Positions 1-13,902 of a DNA stretch of 64,000 nt are shown piece by piece (position 1 is the first letter of the stretch; the number at the start of each line of letters is the position of its first letter). A program made the position numbers and the translations under genes. This DNA comes from Batkoa obscura (Eukaryota), in the NCBI GenBank assembly GCA_030770535.1, contig JASVEC010000002.1, positions 1,674,001-1,738,000 of the forward strand, given 5' to 3'. The notes below the pieces were generated by a model, which did no database searches, was not told the DNA's origin, and saw only the letters and a program-made list of their open reading frames with translations.

Positions 1-537
1 AATTAAGATAGACTTAAGTTATGAAGAATGGCACGTAATAGACTATGGACTATGTAAGACAAATGGAATAGACAATACTATTGTAAAGTCTACGTAAAAT
101 ACTATCAGAAAAACTTAGTGGCTTTATTGAAGGTACAATACTAGGAAATAATTCAATAACGAATCCTTGGGTTATTATACTGAAGAATCTTTTTTATACC
201 CTAATTAGATGACTATATATAAGAAACATGATAACACTTATTCCTTATTATAGTTACTAAGTATGGACATTGAAATGAGAAGATAATGTCCTTTGTAATT
301 AGGTGGTAGATATTTTCACAGGCAATCAAAATAAAGAATTCTGAGTTAATTGTATCATATGAATTACAGTCAAATTAATTATAAGACTGTAGTTAGTTTT
401 GTAAGCAAGTTAAGTGATTATTATGTTATGACTAATCATAGAAGCTGATAAAGGAATATTTATAGTTATTTAACATTATAAATTAATAAATGAACTTTTT
501 TAGAGATTAAAAACAGGCATATTTATTGATAACATAT

Positions 538-636
538 GGGAGTGTTTTTTTTAACTTCACTACTTTTTCCATTTTTTAAGCACTATTTAAGCGGAAAATT
601 TGTTAGTAAGATTCTTAAATACAAAAATACATCCCC
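538..636 (-). mobile_element. MITE family A copy (~99 bp)
   Basis: GGGAGTGTTTTTTTT...AAAAATACATCCCC terminal inverted repeats with ATAT on both sides; matches the other family A copies. Confidence 0.8.
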
Positions 637-1040
637 ATATATTTATAAACTTTTACTAATTTGATTTAAATAACTAGGATTATATATAATATATAATATA
701 TAATATTTTTATAATTAAATAAAATTAAGTTTAATATTTATTTCATTATTATTGATCCTTTTATTATTTAACCCTTTGAGTACTAATATTTATCTCAAAA
801 TAATTTTGTTCAATTAGATCATAATTTCTAATTATTATAAAGCTGGATTCGTTTTTGAAATTCAATACTTAGAGAATTAATTTGATTAAAATCATACTTA
901 AATAATACTCATCCTAGTTGAATTTTAATCTACAAGAATTTAGTGAACATTATTGTTCATCCATAGTACTCAAATAGTTAATGATTTTCTAATAATGTAT
1001 TCAGTATAAAGATTAAAAATTAAAAATTAAAAATTAATAT

Positions 1041-1139
1041 GGGGATGTACTTTTGTATTTAAGAATTTTACTAACAGCTTTTCTATTAAAATAGTGCTTA
1101 AAAGATGGAAAAAATAATGAAGTCAAAAAAAACACCCCC
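1041..1139 (+). mobile_element. MITE family A copy
   Basis: GGGGATGTACTTTTG...AAAAAAAACACCCCC, flanked ATAT/ATAT; inverted relative to the copy at 538. Confidence 0.8.
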
Positions 1140-1602
1140 ATATACAAATAAAAAATGTGTTAATGATAATTTTGTTGCTATTAAATTTTATTTTTTTAAA
1201 GGGGTTTTGTTAAATTACAATTAAAGCGATAATAGTATCCTTTCTATTATTGGATTTAGCTTATTGCTTAGCTTTTAAGATCAGAAAGTAAAGTCAATGA
1301 AAATAAAATAAAAACAACTTTAATTTTAGTATTAATAATTCTTTAAAAAAAGGACAAAAAGTATATTGACTTGAATTATTAGTATAGTTTCTATTCTTAG
1401 ATGAAACTAATAAGTCATTTGGTATATAAGACACCGAAATTAAGAAACTAGTCATAGTGGAAGTAAAAGGTAACTTGCAATTAACTTCATTAATAATTTA
1501 ATAACGAATCCGAATTTTCCAAAAGGATCTTATCAAATTCTAATTAATGCGATCTTAATAATTTAATATTATAATAAATCATTAACTTAAATTTATAACT
1601 TA

Positions 1603-1692
1603 AAGGTGTCTTGGTTTCATCACTTTTTGCATTTTTTAAGCACTATTTGAGCGAAAAAATTGATAGTAAAATTGATAAAAGATGTTTCTACC
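1603..1692 (-). mobile_element. Degenerate MITE family A copy
   Basis: Internal core TTTCATCACTTTTTGCATTTTTTAAGCACTATTTGAGCGAAAAAATTG matches the family; termini eroded, boundaries approximate. Confidence 0.55.
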
Positions 1693-2548
1693 TACTCAAA
1701 TTTACAATACACTGACTTCAGAAAACAAGTAACTTAATATAACACTACTTTAATTCTTTTATAGGTTTTCTAATGGTGATCTCTATAATTAAATTATCTA
1801 ATATACTAACTTTTTTAAAGCTTAATCCTTATATTTATGTCAATTGATATAGATTTTTTAAATAAGTGGTTGATTAAATTGCAAAACAGTTGCAAAATTG
1901 TATTAAGTCTAATAGTAATTCATCCCAGTTTTTTTTAGAGATTCTTATTGAATTTAAATAAACGCGATCATCAGTACCCTTTCTATTACTGGATTTCACT
2001 AATAATCCGTTCCACATTATAAACTACTAAAGATTAATATAGAAAAATCAAAAATCAACTTGTTTTATTTTCAATGTCAAAATTTGTTAATATGCGTATT
2101 CAATTTATTACTAATTTTAGTAAGTTTCAAAAAATTTTAATAAAATTTAAAGATTATTCTTTTAATTAGTATTAATGAACCTAATGAAATTATATTTACA
2201 AAAGAATGAGAAATGAGTGTATTTGTTAAGTAATTATATGATCAAGTCGTAAGATGAATTACAAGTTGATAATGTAATTATAAGTATTAAAGTATCTTAA
2301 AAATGGTAATTACCGTATGATAATTTATAAATTAATAACAAGTGCGATGAAATATATGACCAAAATAGTTTAAGAATAAATTAGGGTAAATTAACTGATT
2401 CTATTATTTCTTTTATATTAAAATTTTTAATTTAAGCATTTCAATCATTTAAAAAATAGACTGAAATAAAAAAACGAGCTTTATCCTTTTTTTAACATTT
2501 TCTTCTTTCAACCTTTCTTTTTAAATATTTACTTCATCATCTACATCC

Positions 2549-4318
2549 ATGTCTATTAAACAAATTATACTAACCAGCAGTAACAATTATAATACAACAA
2601 CAACAAGTAATAAATTAAGTTATCGTTGTGATCAATGTAATCATCGATGTATAAAATGTGATAAAAAACAACCAAAATGTAGTAGTTGTATAGCAGCCAA
2701 TATTGAGTGTACTTTATTACGTAGAATAAAAAACAAAAAGCAATTGGCTCATATACAAGGAATAATAACATTTGATTCAACAAATAAAAATAAATTAAAA
2801 TATCAACAATACCAGCAATTAGAAAATATTCAATCAAATTTGAAAACAATAAAAAATAAAGATATTGATATTATTATTAACTTAATGCATGAAATAAAAA
2901 ATAAAAATATATTGTCCAATTTATTAACTTTATTACAATATCCTAATTACTCTATACCAAATAAAGGAATTCAGTTTTTATTAAGTTTATTAACTCAATT
3001 AAAATTCAAGGTTAATAATAAACAACTTAAATTAGTTATAAAAGATATAAAATTTAACTATCAATTAAAATATAATCCGATATTATCAGAAGCAGTTAAT
3101 TTATTTTTTAAATACAAAAATCAATTATTCTCTTGTTTATTAATAGAAAAAAAAGATTATAATAATTTATCATTAAATTTAAAATTGATTATACTATCTT
3201 TAGGTTTATATTATCAAAACAAAACAGAAGCAGTAACTCAATTACTCAATTATTTAAGCCATCAATTATATTTACGTTTTAATAATATTCTTTCTATTCC
3301 ACCTACATTAATTAATATACAAACTATATTATTATTATTAAATTTGAGATGTTTTAAATGGGTGAATCAATTCTATTCTTACTTATTATATTATTGTATG
3401 TCATCAACTTATGTCTTAGGTCTTCATTTGCCAATCAAATCAACGAATATAAAATTCAAATTATCACGTCAATTGATCTTTAATTATTTAGGTTTTCATA
3501 CAGCCTATACTTCCATATTAACTTTTTCTTATATACCTGTATTTGTACCTTATAAATCTAAATATCGAAGTTATCATCAATTAAAAGAGGGCTCGATTTT
3601 AACTTTATTGAGAAAGAAGGATATTGGCGATGCTGAGGGTTCAATTCAATATACTTTATTATTTAATGACTATTTAGCGGATTTAGCACCAATCTTATTG
3701 AAATGTAGTATCTTAAAAGACCAAGTTATTAAAAAAAAAGAAGATTTTAATAGTTTATTATTACAAATATTACAATTATTCAAAAGAATTGAAAAATCAA
3801 AGAAACAATATTTGAATTTATTAATTACCTGGAATGACAATAATTCTTCCACTAAAGCCACTTCTCAAATCTTACAATCAATGCAACAAAACATTCTGAT
3901 CTTATCTCATTATACTACTTTTTTTTTATATTCTTTAAATTTTTACCATTCTAATCCATTAGCATCTAAACTTAAAAAGAAATCTTTCCAGCTTATCTCT
4001 TCCTGCCTTCCACACATTAATTCCACTTACAAAAATTTATTACAATTATGTTTTTATGAAGTGAAACAAGTAATTATGTTATGTTCTCAATTAAATGGTT
4101 ACTATTTTGAACATGTATTAGTAACTATGTTAGTTCAATGTATTGTGTTTTTAATTCGATTTCAAAAGGAAGAAGAGGCAGAATTGGAAAAGATGGAAGA
4201 AGCAATTAAATTGGCACAAGAAACAATGACAAGATTAAAACAATTTCCTCATTTAGTGTCCTTAGTTGAATATAATAATTCGTTTTTAAATCAATTAAAT
4301 AAGGTGGAAATAAATTAA
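2549..4318 (+). CDS. Zn(II)2Cys6 fungal transcription factor, intronless
   Basis: N-terminal CDQCNHRCIKCDKKQPKCSSCIAANIEC binuclear cluster; LGLH motif of the fungal-specific middle homology region. Confidence 0.85.
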   Translation: MSIKQIILTSSNNYNTTTTSNKLSYRCDQCNHRCIKCDKKQPKCSSCIAANIECTLLRRIKNKKQLAHIQGIITFDSTNKNKLKYQQYQQLENIQSNLKTIKNKDIDIIINLMHEIKNKNILSNLLTLLQYPNYSIPNKGIQFLLSLLTQLKFKVNNKQLKLVIKDIKFNYQLKYNPILSEAVNLFFKYKNQLFSCLLIEKKDYNNLSLNLKLIILSLGLYYQNKTEAVTQLLNYLSHQLYLRFNNILSIPPTLINIQTILLLLNLRCFKWVNQFYSYLLYYCMSSTYVLGLHLPIKSTNIKFKLSRQLIFNYLGFHTAYTSILTFSYIPVFVPYKSKYRSYHQLKEGSILTLLRKKDIGDAEGSIQYTLLFNDYLADLAPILLKCSILKDQVIKKKEDFNSLLLQILQLFKRIEKSKKQYLNLLITWNDNNSSTKATSQILQSMQQNILILSHYTTFFLYSLNFYHSNPLASKLKKKSFQLISSCLPHINSTYKNLLQLCFYEVKQVIMLCSQLNGYYFEHVLVTMLVQCIVFLIRFQKEEEAELEKMEEAIKLAQETMTRLKQFPHLVSLVEYNNSFLNQLNKVEIN

Positions 4319-4490
4319 TTGATAAATGACGTGAGATTCGCTTTTTTTTAGTAAAAGGATAAAATCACAAAACAATAAAAAAAAGTTCGAAATTTTGTTT
4401 AATTTTTATTTTTTGCATCTTTTTTTTGAAAAAAAGTAATTTGAATATTTGATATAGTATAAAAAATCGATTAAAATAATTGTATTATAG

Positions 4491-7400
4491 ATGAGTAAAG
4501 AAATAGACTTTAATGAGTTACAAAAAGTAATTCTTATATTAAATCAACTTAACTTATTAATGACTAATATTGATAAAAAATAGACATTTTTGAAAAATTC
4601 AAAACTTGAAGATTCAGATTTTTTAGCTTGGTTAAAACAAACCTATCTTCAACCAGATAATAAGATTCCTATTGAATGGTTAGATAAATTTCAAAGGTAA
4701 AGTTTAGCTTTTGTTATTATCAATTAAATCAAAACTAATGATAATAATGTTTTTTTTCTTATATCCATTCAAATAGTCATGATTTTTCCAGTAAATTTGA
4801 TAATCCAGAAGCAGTATTAGAAGAATATGAATTATTACTTCCAACACAAAACGAAGAAGAAGGAGTCAATCTATCAATGGAATTAAATTTTTTACATGAT
4901 CAAAAAGATTTCAAAGTTTTAAAATTTCAAGAGGTAATTTTATTAAACATATCAGTTAAAATAAACAATAATATTTTTATATTAAATAAAGGAATTTATT
5001 GAAGATAATTCACTTCCTTCAAGCAATCATGTTACAAATACTCAACGTCAAGTCGGTAAAAATTTTATTCGGGGTAGTTTAAATCAAGCACCTTTTTTAC
5101 CAGGTAAATTATGGATTATTATTAACTAATGAAAAAAAATTAATATGAGTAATATTTATTTTAGGCGGTTTCGAATTGGAAGAATTAATGAATGAAAAAG
5201 AAGATAAGTTTGAAGATTTGTTAGATTCTATTGAAGGTTTACAACATTCTGGTAAATAATTCATTCTTTCTTTAATAATAATATAATTTGTATTAATAAT
5301 TAACTATCCCTTAATATTAATAGATCAATATAAGCATAAATTACCAGAATTGGAAAGAGGAATTTATTTTAATGAAAATGAAGAAATAAATGAAAGTAGA
5401 ATAAATGAATTTGAAGATAAAGATGAAAATAAAGATTTTTCAATAAATAATGAAAATTTTGATTTAGATGACATTATGGGTAACTTTGATGAAGATGATT
5501 TATTTTCAAATTTAGAACCGTCAGATCAAGTAATATTTTTTATTATATTTTAATTTTATTAATGAACTATATAAATTTTGTTAAATAGGAAGAAGAAGAA
5601 ATTATTGAAAAAGACAAAGAAATATTAGAAGAAGTTAACCAAGAAGAATTAGAAAAAGAACAAGAGAATTCAAATATAGTTGAAAATAAATTACAAGAAA
5701 AAGAGGATGAACTTGATCTTATTATACCAGATAATGTAATTTGATATAAATAATAATAATAATAATAATAATAATTAATTAATTAATTAATTAATTCTCT
5801 ACATTTAGGAAATTAAACTCTACACTAGCAACAATGATCACACTATAGAACAAAATGAATGGGCTCATAAAGTTGAATTACATCAGTTACCTATTGATTA
5901 TTCTTCAGTAGTGCCAAAATTAGCTCATGAAGTAAATATGACAATTAAATTCATTAACTCTATCTTAATTCTATTTATATAGTTTCCCTTTGAACTTGAT
6001 TTATTTCAAAAACATGCTGTATATCATTTAGAAGCTGGTAATAGTGTCTTCCTTGCCGCTCATACATCTGCAGGAAAAACAGTAGTAGCTGAATATGCTA
6101 TTGCCTTAGCTATGAAGCATATGACGAGGGCCATTTATACTTCTCCAATCAAAGCATTATCGAATCAAAAATTTCGAGATTTTAAAGGTACTTTTGAAGA
6201 AGTGGGTATCTTAACTGGAGATGTACAAATCAATCCAGAAGCTTCTTGTTTGATAATGACAACTGAAATTTTAAGATCTATGTTATATCGTGGTGCGGAT
6301 GTCATTCGAGATGTAGAATTTGTTATTTTTGATGAAGTACATTATTTAAATGATTTAGAACGTGGTGTTGTCTGGGAAGAAGTGATTATTTTACTTCCAT
6401 CTCATATTAATATTATTTTACTTTCGGCAACGGTACCAAATACAATGGAATTTGCTGAATGGATTGGAAGAACAAAGAAAAAAGATATATTTGTTATATC
6501 TACATTACAAAGACCAATTCCATTAGAACATTATATTTATGCAGAAAAAGAATTATTTAAAATTGTAGATAAATCAAAAACTTTTATTGAAGCTGGTTGG
6601 AGAGCAGCGAAAGAAGCTTTAAGTGGTGGTAAAGATAAAGATTTACCATCTAATCAACAACAACGTGGAGGAGGAAATTCAAGAGGAAGAGGCCAACCTA
6701 ATCGAACCCATGTGACTCAATCTTTGACAAGAAATATCTTCCGATCCAATGATAAACAACAACAAAATTTATGGGTACATATGATTGGTTTTTTGAAAAA
6801 AAAACAATTGTTACCCGTGATTATTTTTACCTTTAGCAAAAAAAGATGTGATAGTAATGCAGCTAATTTGCCCAATTTAGATCTTACTAGTAATACAGAA
6901 AAATCAGAGATTCAGGTATTTATTAGTAAATCATTAAACAAATTAGCTCCTAAAGATCGATTGTTACCTCAAGTGTTGAGAGTTAAAGAGTTATTAAAAA
7001 GAGGTATTTCAGTACATCATTCAGGATTACTACCAGTAGTAAAAGAAATGGTAGAAATATTATTTTCCAGAGGATTAGTTAAGGTATTATTTGCAACAGA
7101 AACTTTTGCTATGGGCGTCAACATGCCAGCAAGATCTGTAGTTTTTAATTCGATAAAAAAACATGATGGTATTGAATTACGTTATTTATTATCTGGAGAA
7201 TATACCCAAATGTCAGGAAGAGCAGGTAGACGTGGGTTAGATAAAGTAGGGATGGTAATCTTAGCTTGTCCTGATAATCATCCGCCTGATATGGCTACTT
7301 TAAAAACGATTATATTAGGAAAATCTAATCGATTATCATCTCAATTTCGATTGACTTATAATATGATGTTAAATTTATTGAGAGTTGAGGCGCTTAAAGT

Positions 7401-9100
7401 AGAAGAAATGATCAAAAGATCCTTTGCTGAAGATGGGAATCAACAATTGATGCCACAAAAGGAATTAGAAAAAAAGAAATTAATGGGACAAATGAATCAA
7501 ATCAATGAATTACAATGTGATATTTGTGGAGATTTACAAGAGTTTATTGGAAATTGCATTGAACTTCAAGAAACTACTCAAAAATTATTTAATGTTATTA
7601 TGAGTACTCAGTACGGGAAGAGTGTGTTTTGTCAGGGAAGAGTGATCCTTTTGGATCATCCTAATTATCGAGGGAACTTGGCAGTGATTATTAAAATGAC
7701 CCAGAATAAAATGAAATCTTTATTGAATAATAGTAGGGAAAATAAAGCAAATAAATCTTTTCTTTGTTTTATTTTAACAGATAAGAAACAAATAGAACAA
7801 AAGATAAGTGGTGTACCATTTACTATGATACAACTAACGGAAGAGCCTCATCATGCATTGGCAGAAGTTGAAATTAATAATATTCAAATGGTAACTAAAA
7901 AAACGATAGAAGTTAATAAAACTAAATTATTAGCGGGGAACAAATTAATTATTAATCAATTGCAAGAAGAATTAATTTCATTAAATAAACAATATCAACA
8001 ATCAAAGGAAGAACTTATCATTGATTTTCCAGCCATTAAAAGTATGAATTTTTTTGAATTAAAAAATTCATTTTTATTAAAATATCAACAATTACCACAG
8101 TATCAATGTAATAAATGTCCCGATTTAAAATATCACTATAATCAAGAATTTGAAAGAAGAATGTTAAATATTCGAATTAATAATTTAGAATCTGCTTTAT
8201 ATGGATTAAATTTAGATCTTTTACCAGAATATTATAAAAGACTAGATGTATTAACTTACCTTGGATTTTCAGATGGAATCTCAGTTACCCTTAAAGGGAG
8301 AGTTGGATGTGAGGTAAGTGAATTTTATTCTATAGAAATAAATTTAAAAATAGATATTAATTAGTATTATTTTTTAATTTAGATCAATTCTGTTAATGAA
8401 TTAGTAGTTACCGAATTAATATTAGATAATTTTTTTGCACGATATGATTCGGAAGAATCGGTAGCTTTATTATCTTGTTTCTTATTTCAAGAAAAGAGCA
8501 TGTATACTATTGATGAACAAGAAGAGCCTGTATTGACTCCTAAATTATTAAAGGTAAAATCTAATAGTTTCAAAGTTACAAGATTCCAGTTTAAATTTTA
8601 GAGTTTTGTGATTTGTTAATAATTTCTATCATAATATAGGGTTGCGATGAGATTGTAGCTATGTGTAGTAAAGTTGCTGATGCAATGATCCATTGCCATT
8701 TAAATATTGATATGGAAGAATACATTAAGAGTGTGAATTTTGGATTGGTTCATGTAGTTTACGAATGGGCTAGAGGCATGGTAAATCTCAATTTTTAAAT
8801 TAATAGTTAGTAGTTCATTTATATTAATTCATTTCTCTTTTTTTATTTAGTCATTTAATCATATCACTACAATTACAGATGTGGCAGAAGGTAGATATTT
8901 TTATTTTGAAGATAAATGATTTTGATTTATTTATTCTTTTAGGTTCCATTGTAAGGACAATAACTAGATTAGACGATACTTGTAGAGATGTTAGAAATGC
9001 AGCTCGATTAATTGGAGATAATGAACTATATGCTAAAATGGAAGCAGCAAGATTATTGATTAAAAGAGATATTGTATTTGCTACTAGTTTATATTTTTAA
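4491..9100 (+). CDS. SKI2: Ski2-like DExH RNA helicase (antiviral helicase SKI2), multi-exon
   Basis: AHTSAGKT, YTSPIKALSNQK, DEVH, LSAT, QMSGRAGRRG motifs; C-terminal DSHCT IKRDIVFATSLYF; long acidic N-terminus with PFLPGG spread over short exons from ATG 4491 (start inferred). Confidence 0.9.
5750..5795. repeat. (AAT)n followed by (TAAT)n microsatellite in a SKI2 intron
   Basis: taataataataataataataataattaattaattaattaattaatt read directly. Confidence 0.8.
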
Positions 9101-9252
9101 GTAAAAAAAGGAGAAGATAAAGAAATAATAATAAAAAAAGTAAAGTTCTAAATTGTAAGCTAAATTGTTTTTAACATTTTTATTATTTTTAGTTTTAAAT
9201 CAAATAACTTTGCCTCAAGCAATTTATATTATTTGGTTCCAAAATCCAAAAC

Positions 9253-11366
9253 TTAAGATTTATTACCATCTACTAAAAATTCACCTTTAGCTTTTAAAAT
9301 TAAATTGTTGATCCCATATAATTGTAAATTGGGATCTTTTAAACTGAGCTCAAAAGAATAAACTAAAGAAGCTGTAATATTATATAATTGATACCAAGCC
9401 AATCTATGTATAGTTAAAAGTATATGTTAATTAGTAAATGTTACATGATAATAAAAATCAAGAACTTACGTTCTACCAACACAACCTCGTGGACCTAATG
9501 AGAAGGGGTAATAAGCTTCATGATTAATAAATTTATTTTCACTATTGATCCAACGTTCGGGGATATAATCATTTGGATTCGGGAAATATTTCTCATAGCG
9601 CTGTAAACAATAATAACTAGTACCAACAGTAGTCTAATTTAAAATTAAAATTAAAATATTAGTTTCTATTATTAAATTAACAATATTAAATATAAGCTTA
9701 CCCCTTCTGGTATATAATATCCTGAAACAGTGGCTCCACCAATTGGCGATGATCTTGGTAACATAATAGCTGCTACTGGATATAGCCTCATACCTTCACA
9801 AATGACTGCATTTAAATATGGACATTCATTTTTACATTGGTTATAATTGATTTCTTCTACGGAATTGAATTTATTTTTTAATTCGTTTTTAAGTTTATTG
9901 TATACGGGTTTATCCTTTAGTAAGAGATAGAAAATCCTAATAAGGAGTGTTATAGATAAAGTTGCTTCATATTCCTATTTATAGTTAATTACCATGATAA
10001 AGAATTGGCAGTAGTATCAATACCAGCTCCACTAAAAAAATTGATAAATATATATTAATAAGAAATATAATAATTAGTAATTTAATGAAACTTACAGTTG
10101 TAAAACAATTTCTTCAGCAACTTCACGTTCATTTAATTTATTACCACTCTCACTATCTTTAGCTTCAATAAAAAAATCCATGATACTTTTACGATCAGAA
10201 CTGGGATTATATGTTTCAATTTGTTTATAAGTGAACTAATGAAAGTCAAGATCAGTATTTATAGTTTATAATTATAGACTATTAAAACTACTTGAAATAA
10301 ATTTTTAATACCAGAATCAGTATAAATATTTATAGCAGGTAAAACACCTCTCTAATTGTATCATTAATGTTAATATTATTGTTATTATTGTTAGTTTATA
10401 ACTTACCAATATCGAATGAAAAAAATAAGTGTCAATCCAATGAATAATTGGATGATCACTTCCTTTTAATATATCAAAGGATTTATTAAATAACAACATG
10501 CCAGTTACATCCTAAATATAAAATAAAATATTAATATACAAACAATACAACTATTATGTTCTAAATATTATTAATTATCATCATTAACTTACAAAAGTAG
10601 TATAATGAAACCATAAGCCTAAATCAATTTTAGATTGATTTTCTAAGGCATTTTCAATTCTTTGAATCAAAGGTAATACACCAGTTTGCTTTACTTTAGG
10701 CTCTAATTGTTGTAATTTACTTTCGGAAAAACTTGGAGCTAAAATCTTTCTCTATTGAAATTAAAATCAGTGTTAATTAGTTGGAATTTCTTTTAAGTCC
10801 AATGAAATTCAATTTACTCTATTACGATGATGTTCTTTATTCCTAAACAAATAAGTATAAATAATTACTATTAATACCAAATTAATAAATATTTTGAACT
10901 TACAATGTACTAAACGTTGTTTCTCCAGCTCTATGAAAGCCAGAATATAAAGTATCTTTTGGAAATTTATAAGTGGAATATATTTCTTTACATGCTTCTA
11001 AATTATTGAATGAGACTACACCCCAGCCTAAAATAGTAATACTAATAAATACTCATTTGTTAATTGGGGTTTTATTATAATAACTTACTAACTCTAACTA
11101 CTTCGCCATAATATAAATGCAAATAATAAACTAATAAATGATCCAATCCAGCCACTTGAATAAAGGTATAAATAAATGGAAATATTTGTAGTATTATTGG
11201 AGATGGTATCTCTTTTAGTGGAGTAACAAAGAGATTATAATAAACCTAGATAAAGTTCAAGGTCATAAGTTAATAAGTTGACTGATAAATTGAAACTGAA
11301 GTTTACTTTATAAAACCAAATAGCAATTAAACTTAAACCCAAAATTTTCAAAAGATCGAGAAACAT
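9253..11366 (-). CDS. Cytochrome P450 monooxygenase, multi-exon (missed by the ORF track)
   Basis: Manual minus-strand translation: N-terminal anchor MFLDLLKILGLSLIAIWFYK, I-helix GAGIDTTANS, K-helix EGMRLYP, PERW, heme motif YPFSLGPRGCVG; stop at 9253-9255. Confidence 0.92.
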
Positions 11367-12549
11367 TATTTTCAAAAAAAAGAGATTAAAGCAATAATTA
11401 TGCTCTTTAGTCACTTTATATACCTTTTTAGATATTAAAATTCGAATCTTCATGCAGTTATTAATAGAATAATTACAACTTTTGAATTATATATTAGGAA
11501 TTTATTGACTTATTTTTTACTTATGAACCTTATTATTCAATAACTTATTTATTTATTTCATTTTATGTTGTTATTATTTTATTAGAACTGTCATTCCGCT
11601 TAATGCCCCTTTCTTTTTTATTCTTAGATAGTTTCCAAAAAATCATACTTGCAAAATATCTAATTATTTTTTAATTAGAAATAAAGTTTCATTTGAAACA
11701 ATTTTAATAATTTACCATCATCTTCATTTACTTTGTTTAGTAATAAAATCATCTCAGATTTTCAAGGGAGGCATTAATTAATGCATTGATGAAAAAATAA
11801 GGGAGTTGACCCAATTTTGACTTTATGTTAAAAGTTAGACATTTTAAAAAAGAAATGTAAATGTTTAGGTTAAACTATTAACTAACTTTGAACAAGAAAT
11901 TTCTAATTCATCATTTAAAGTGGCAGTATATGAACAGAAGAACTCATTTTTGTATTTTAAAGTAAAGCATTTTGTCTTTTAAATAGAACTCTATTCTCTT
12001 TTTTGAAAAAAAGACTAATTTATTGAATTGTTTTATTTTATATTGATTAAATTATATTATTCTTTTTAATTCTTTTTAACTTATATGTTAATTTTAATAT
12101 TTCAAATAAAATTAAAAGTAAGGAATATTTACAATTAAAAGTGGTTGTATAAAAATAAAAGTATCAGTTTTACGATTTTAAAGGTAAATCGATTGATACT
12201 TTGATGTATAAAAATAAGGGATAAAAGCTGGTTAATATTATATATATATACTCAAACCAGGTTTAAGCAAATTTATAATTTTTTAGTTTTAATTTGAATT
12301 TTGCAATTTTTGCAATCTATCTATTTCTTAAAAAAATCACTTTCACTAATAACAACTCAATTTCACTAACCAAACAGTTCAGTAAAAAAAATTTCAAATT
12401 ATTTCAGTATTATTTAGTAAATTAACTAAAATATTTTGGGCAAAAAAAATAATTTTAAAAAATGTTTCGAAAAAAATAGGTAAAAAAATAATTAAAAAAT
12501 AATTACTCTTCACTCTAATTTCAATCCCTTTCAAAAAAAGTAAAAATAA

Positions 12550-13428
12550 ATGAGTACTGAACCCCAAAAAGTAGCCCATTCTAATCTCTAGCCATTTATA
12601 CTAACTCATTTTTTAGCCCATTGATCTTACCAACGAGATTTCGGATTCCGCTTCAGAGCGCGTGGATCATATTACTTATAAGATCTCAGCATTAATGAAA
12701 GCATTAGATGATAAAGATAACAAGTCATTTGAAAGTCATATAGCTCATACCACAAATCATATACAAGATAAAGTAATACCAAAGCTAAGTAATCAACAAG
12801 CTAGTCAAATATTAAATCAATTATTTGAAAATGTATCTCAACCTTGTAAAAGTATTAAAGTTCATTTACGTTGGGCTCAACAGATTTTAAAATTTCATCA
12901 CGTTAGATTAAGTGAAGTAAGTTTTTTTATATTAATTTTTAATATTCTATTCTATTCTGTTTTTATTTTAAAAGTGAAAGAAACCGAGATCTTTAAAAAA
13001 GTATTAAAATAGATTTATGTAACTTATATTTTCTTTCAAAATAGGAACCTTGGGTGCTCGATAGCTTAAATTTATTTATCAGTAACAGTGATACTCGAGT
13101 AGAAATGAGTAATTTATTATCTAAGATAGAAAGTCGATTTGATCTCATCTTTGCCCAAAAAAGTTTACAAAAAAACCATGAGTTATTTGCTAGAGAAATT
13201 AATAAAAGAAAAAGAGATTTAGAAAAGGATCAACTTATGGATGCCTCTGAAGAGGAAGAAGAAGAAGAAGAAGAAGAAGAAGAGCTTTATCAAACTTGGA
13301 ATGAAAATGATTTATTGGAAGAATATGATGACTCAGAATATGAATCTTTATCTGATACGGCTCCAGATGTCAAAGACAAATTAAAGTTTAGGAAAATTCA
13401 AGAGGAGGAAAGTGATGATGAAGAATAG
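12550..13428 (+). CDS. Dip2/Utp12-domain protein (UTP5/WDR43 C-terminal-like) with acidic tail, 3 exons
   Basis: ALMKALDDKD...VIPKL...HLRWAQQILKFH...LLSKIESRFDLI pattern recalls the Utp12 domain; poly-Glu tail; introns about 12571-12617 and 12917-13044. Confidence 0.55.
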
Positions 13429-13902
13429 ATAGAAAATAGAACGTTTATTATTGTATTAAACAAAAAATTTAAAAAGGGGTTATATGATTTTTAAATAAAT
13501 TAAGATTATAAGAATTAGAGTATGAATTTTTAATATAGAGTGCTATTATGTGTTTTGTTTAATAGTTATAGGATACTATTGCTTAATACTATTTATGAAT
13601 TATAAATATTATAAATCATTTATGATTTTTTTATAGAGATAATAATTTTATAAATTTAGTATAGGTAATACAATTTTATAGCTGCTATTTCGCTTTTATT
13701 TAATGAAATCTCAAATGAATAAAATTTAATTTGGATTAAAACCTTTATCACTATTTCAAATGATAGAAGTTAAGAATAAAAAAATAACGGTTTGAAAATG
13801 ATACCATTTACTACTAATAATAGCTAATTTGTAATAGCAAATAAATAAACAATAAGCTAACTTTTTTTGTTCTTTATAATTTTATTTTTACTAAAGGTAA
13901 AA

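Noticed and set aside
1..320. Slightly coding-like stretch at the window edge (VIDYGLCK recalls a kinase DFG loop)
   Set aside because: Short, stop-interrupted and truncated by the window; no other kinase motifs
538..1139. A single 600-bp element with 99-bp TIRs
   Set aside because: Each arm has its own termini and its own ATAT duplication, so these are more simply two independent inverted insertions
1224..2070. Diverged direct repeat (about 1224-1320 vs 1962-2062, GCGAT...CCTTTCTATTA.TGGATTT)
   Set aside because: Probably an old local duplication; too degraded to interpret
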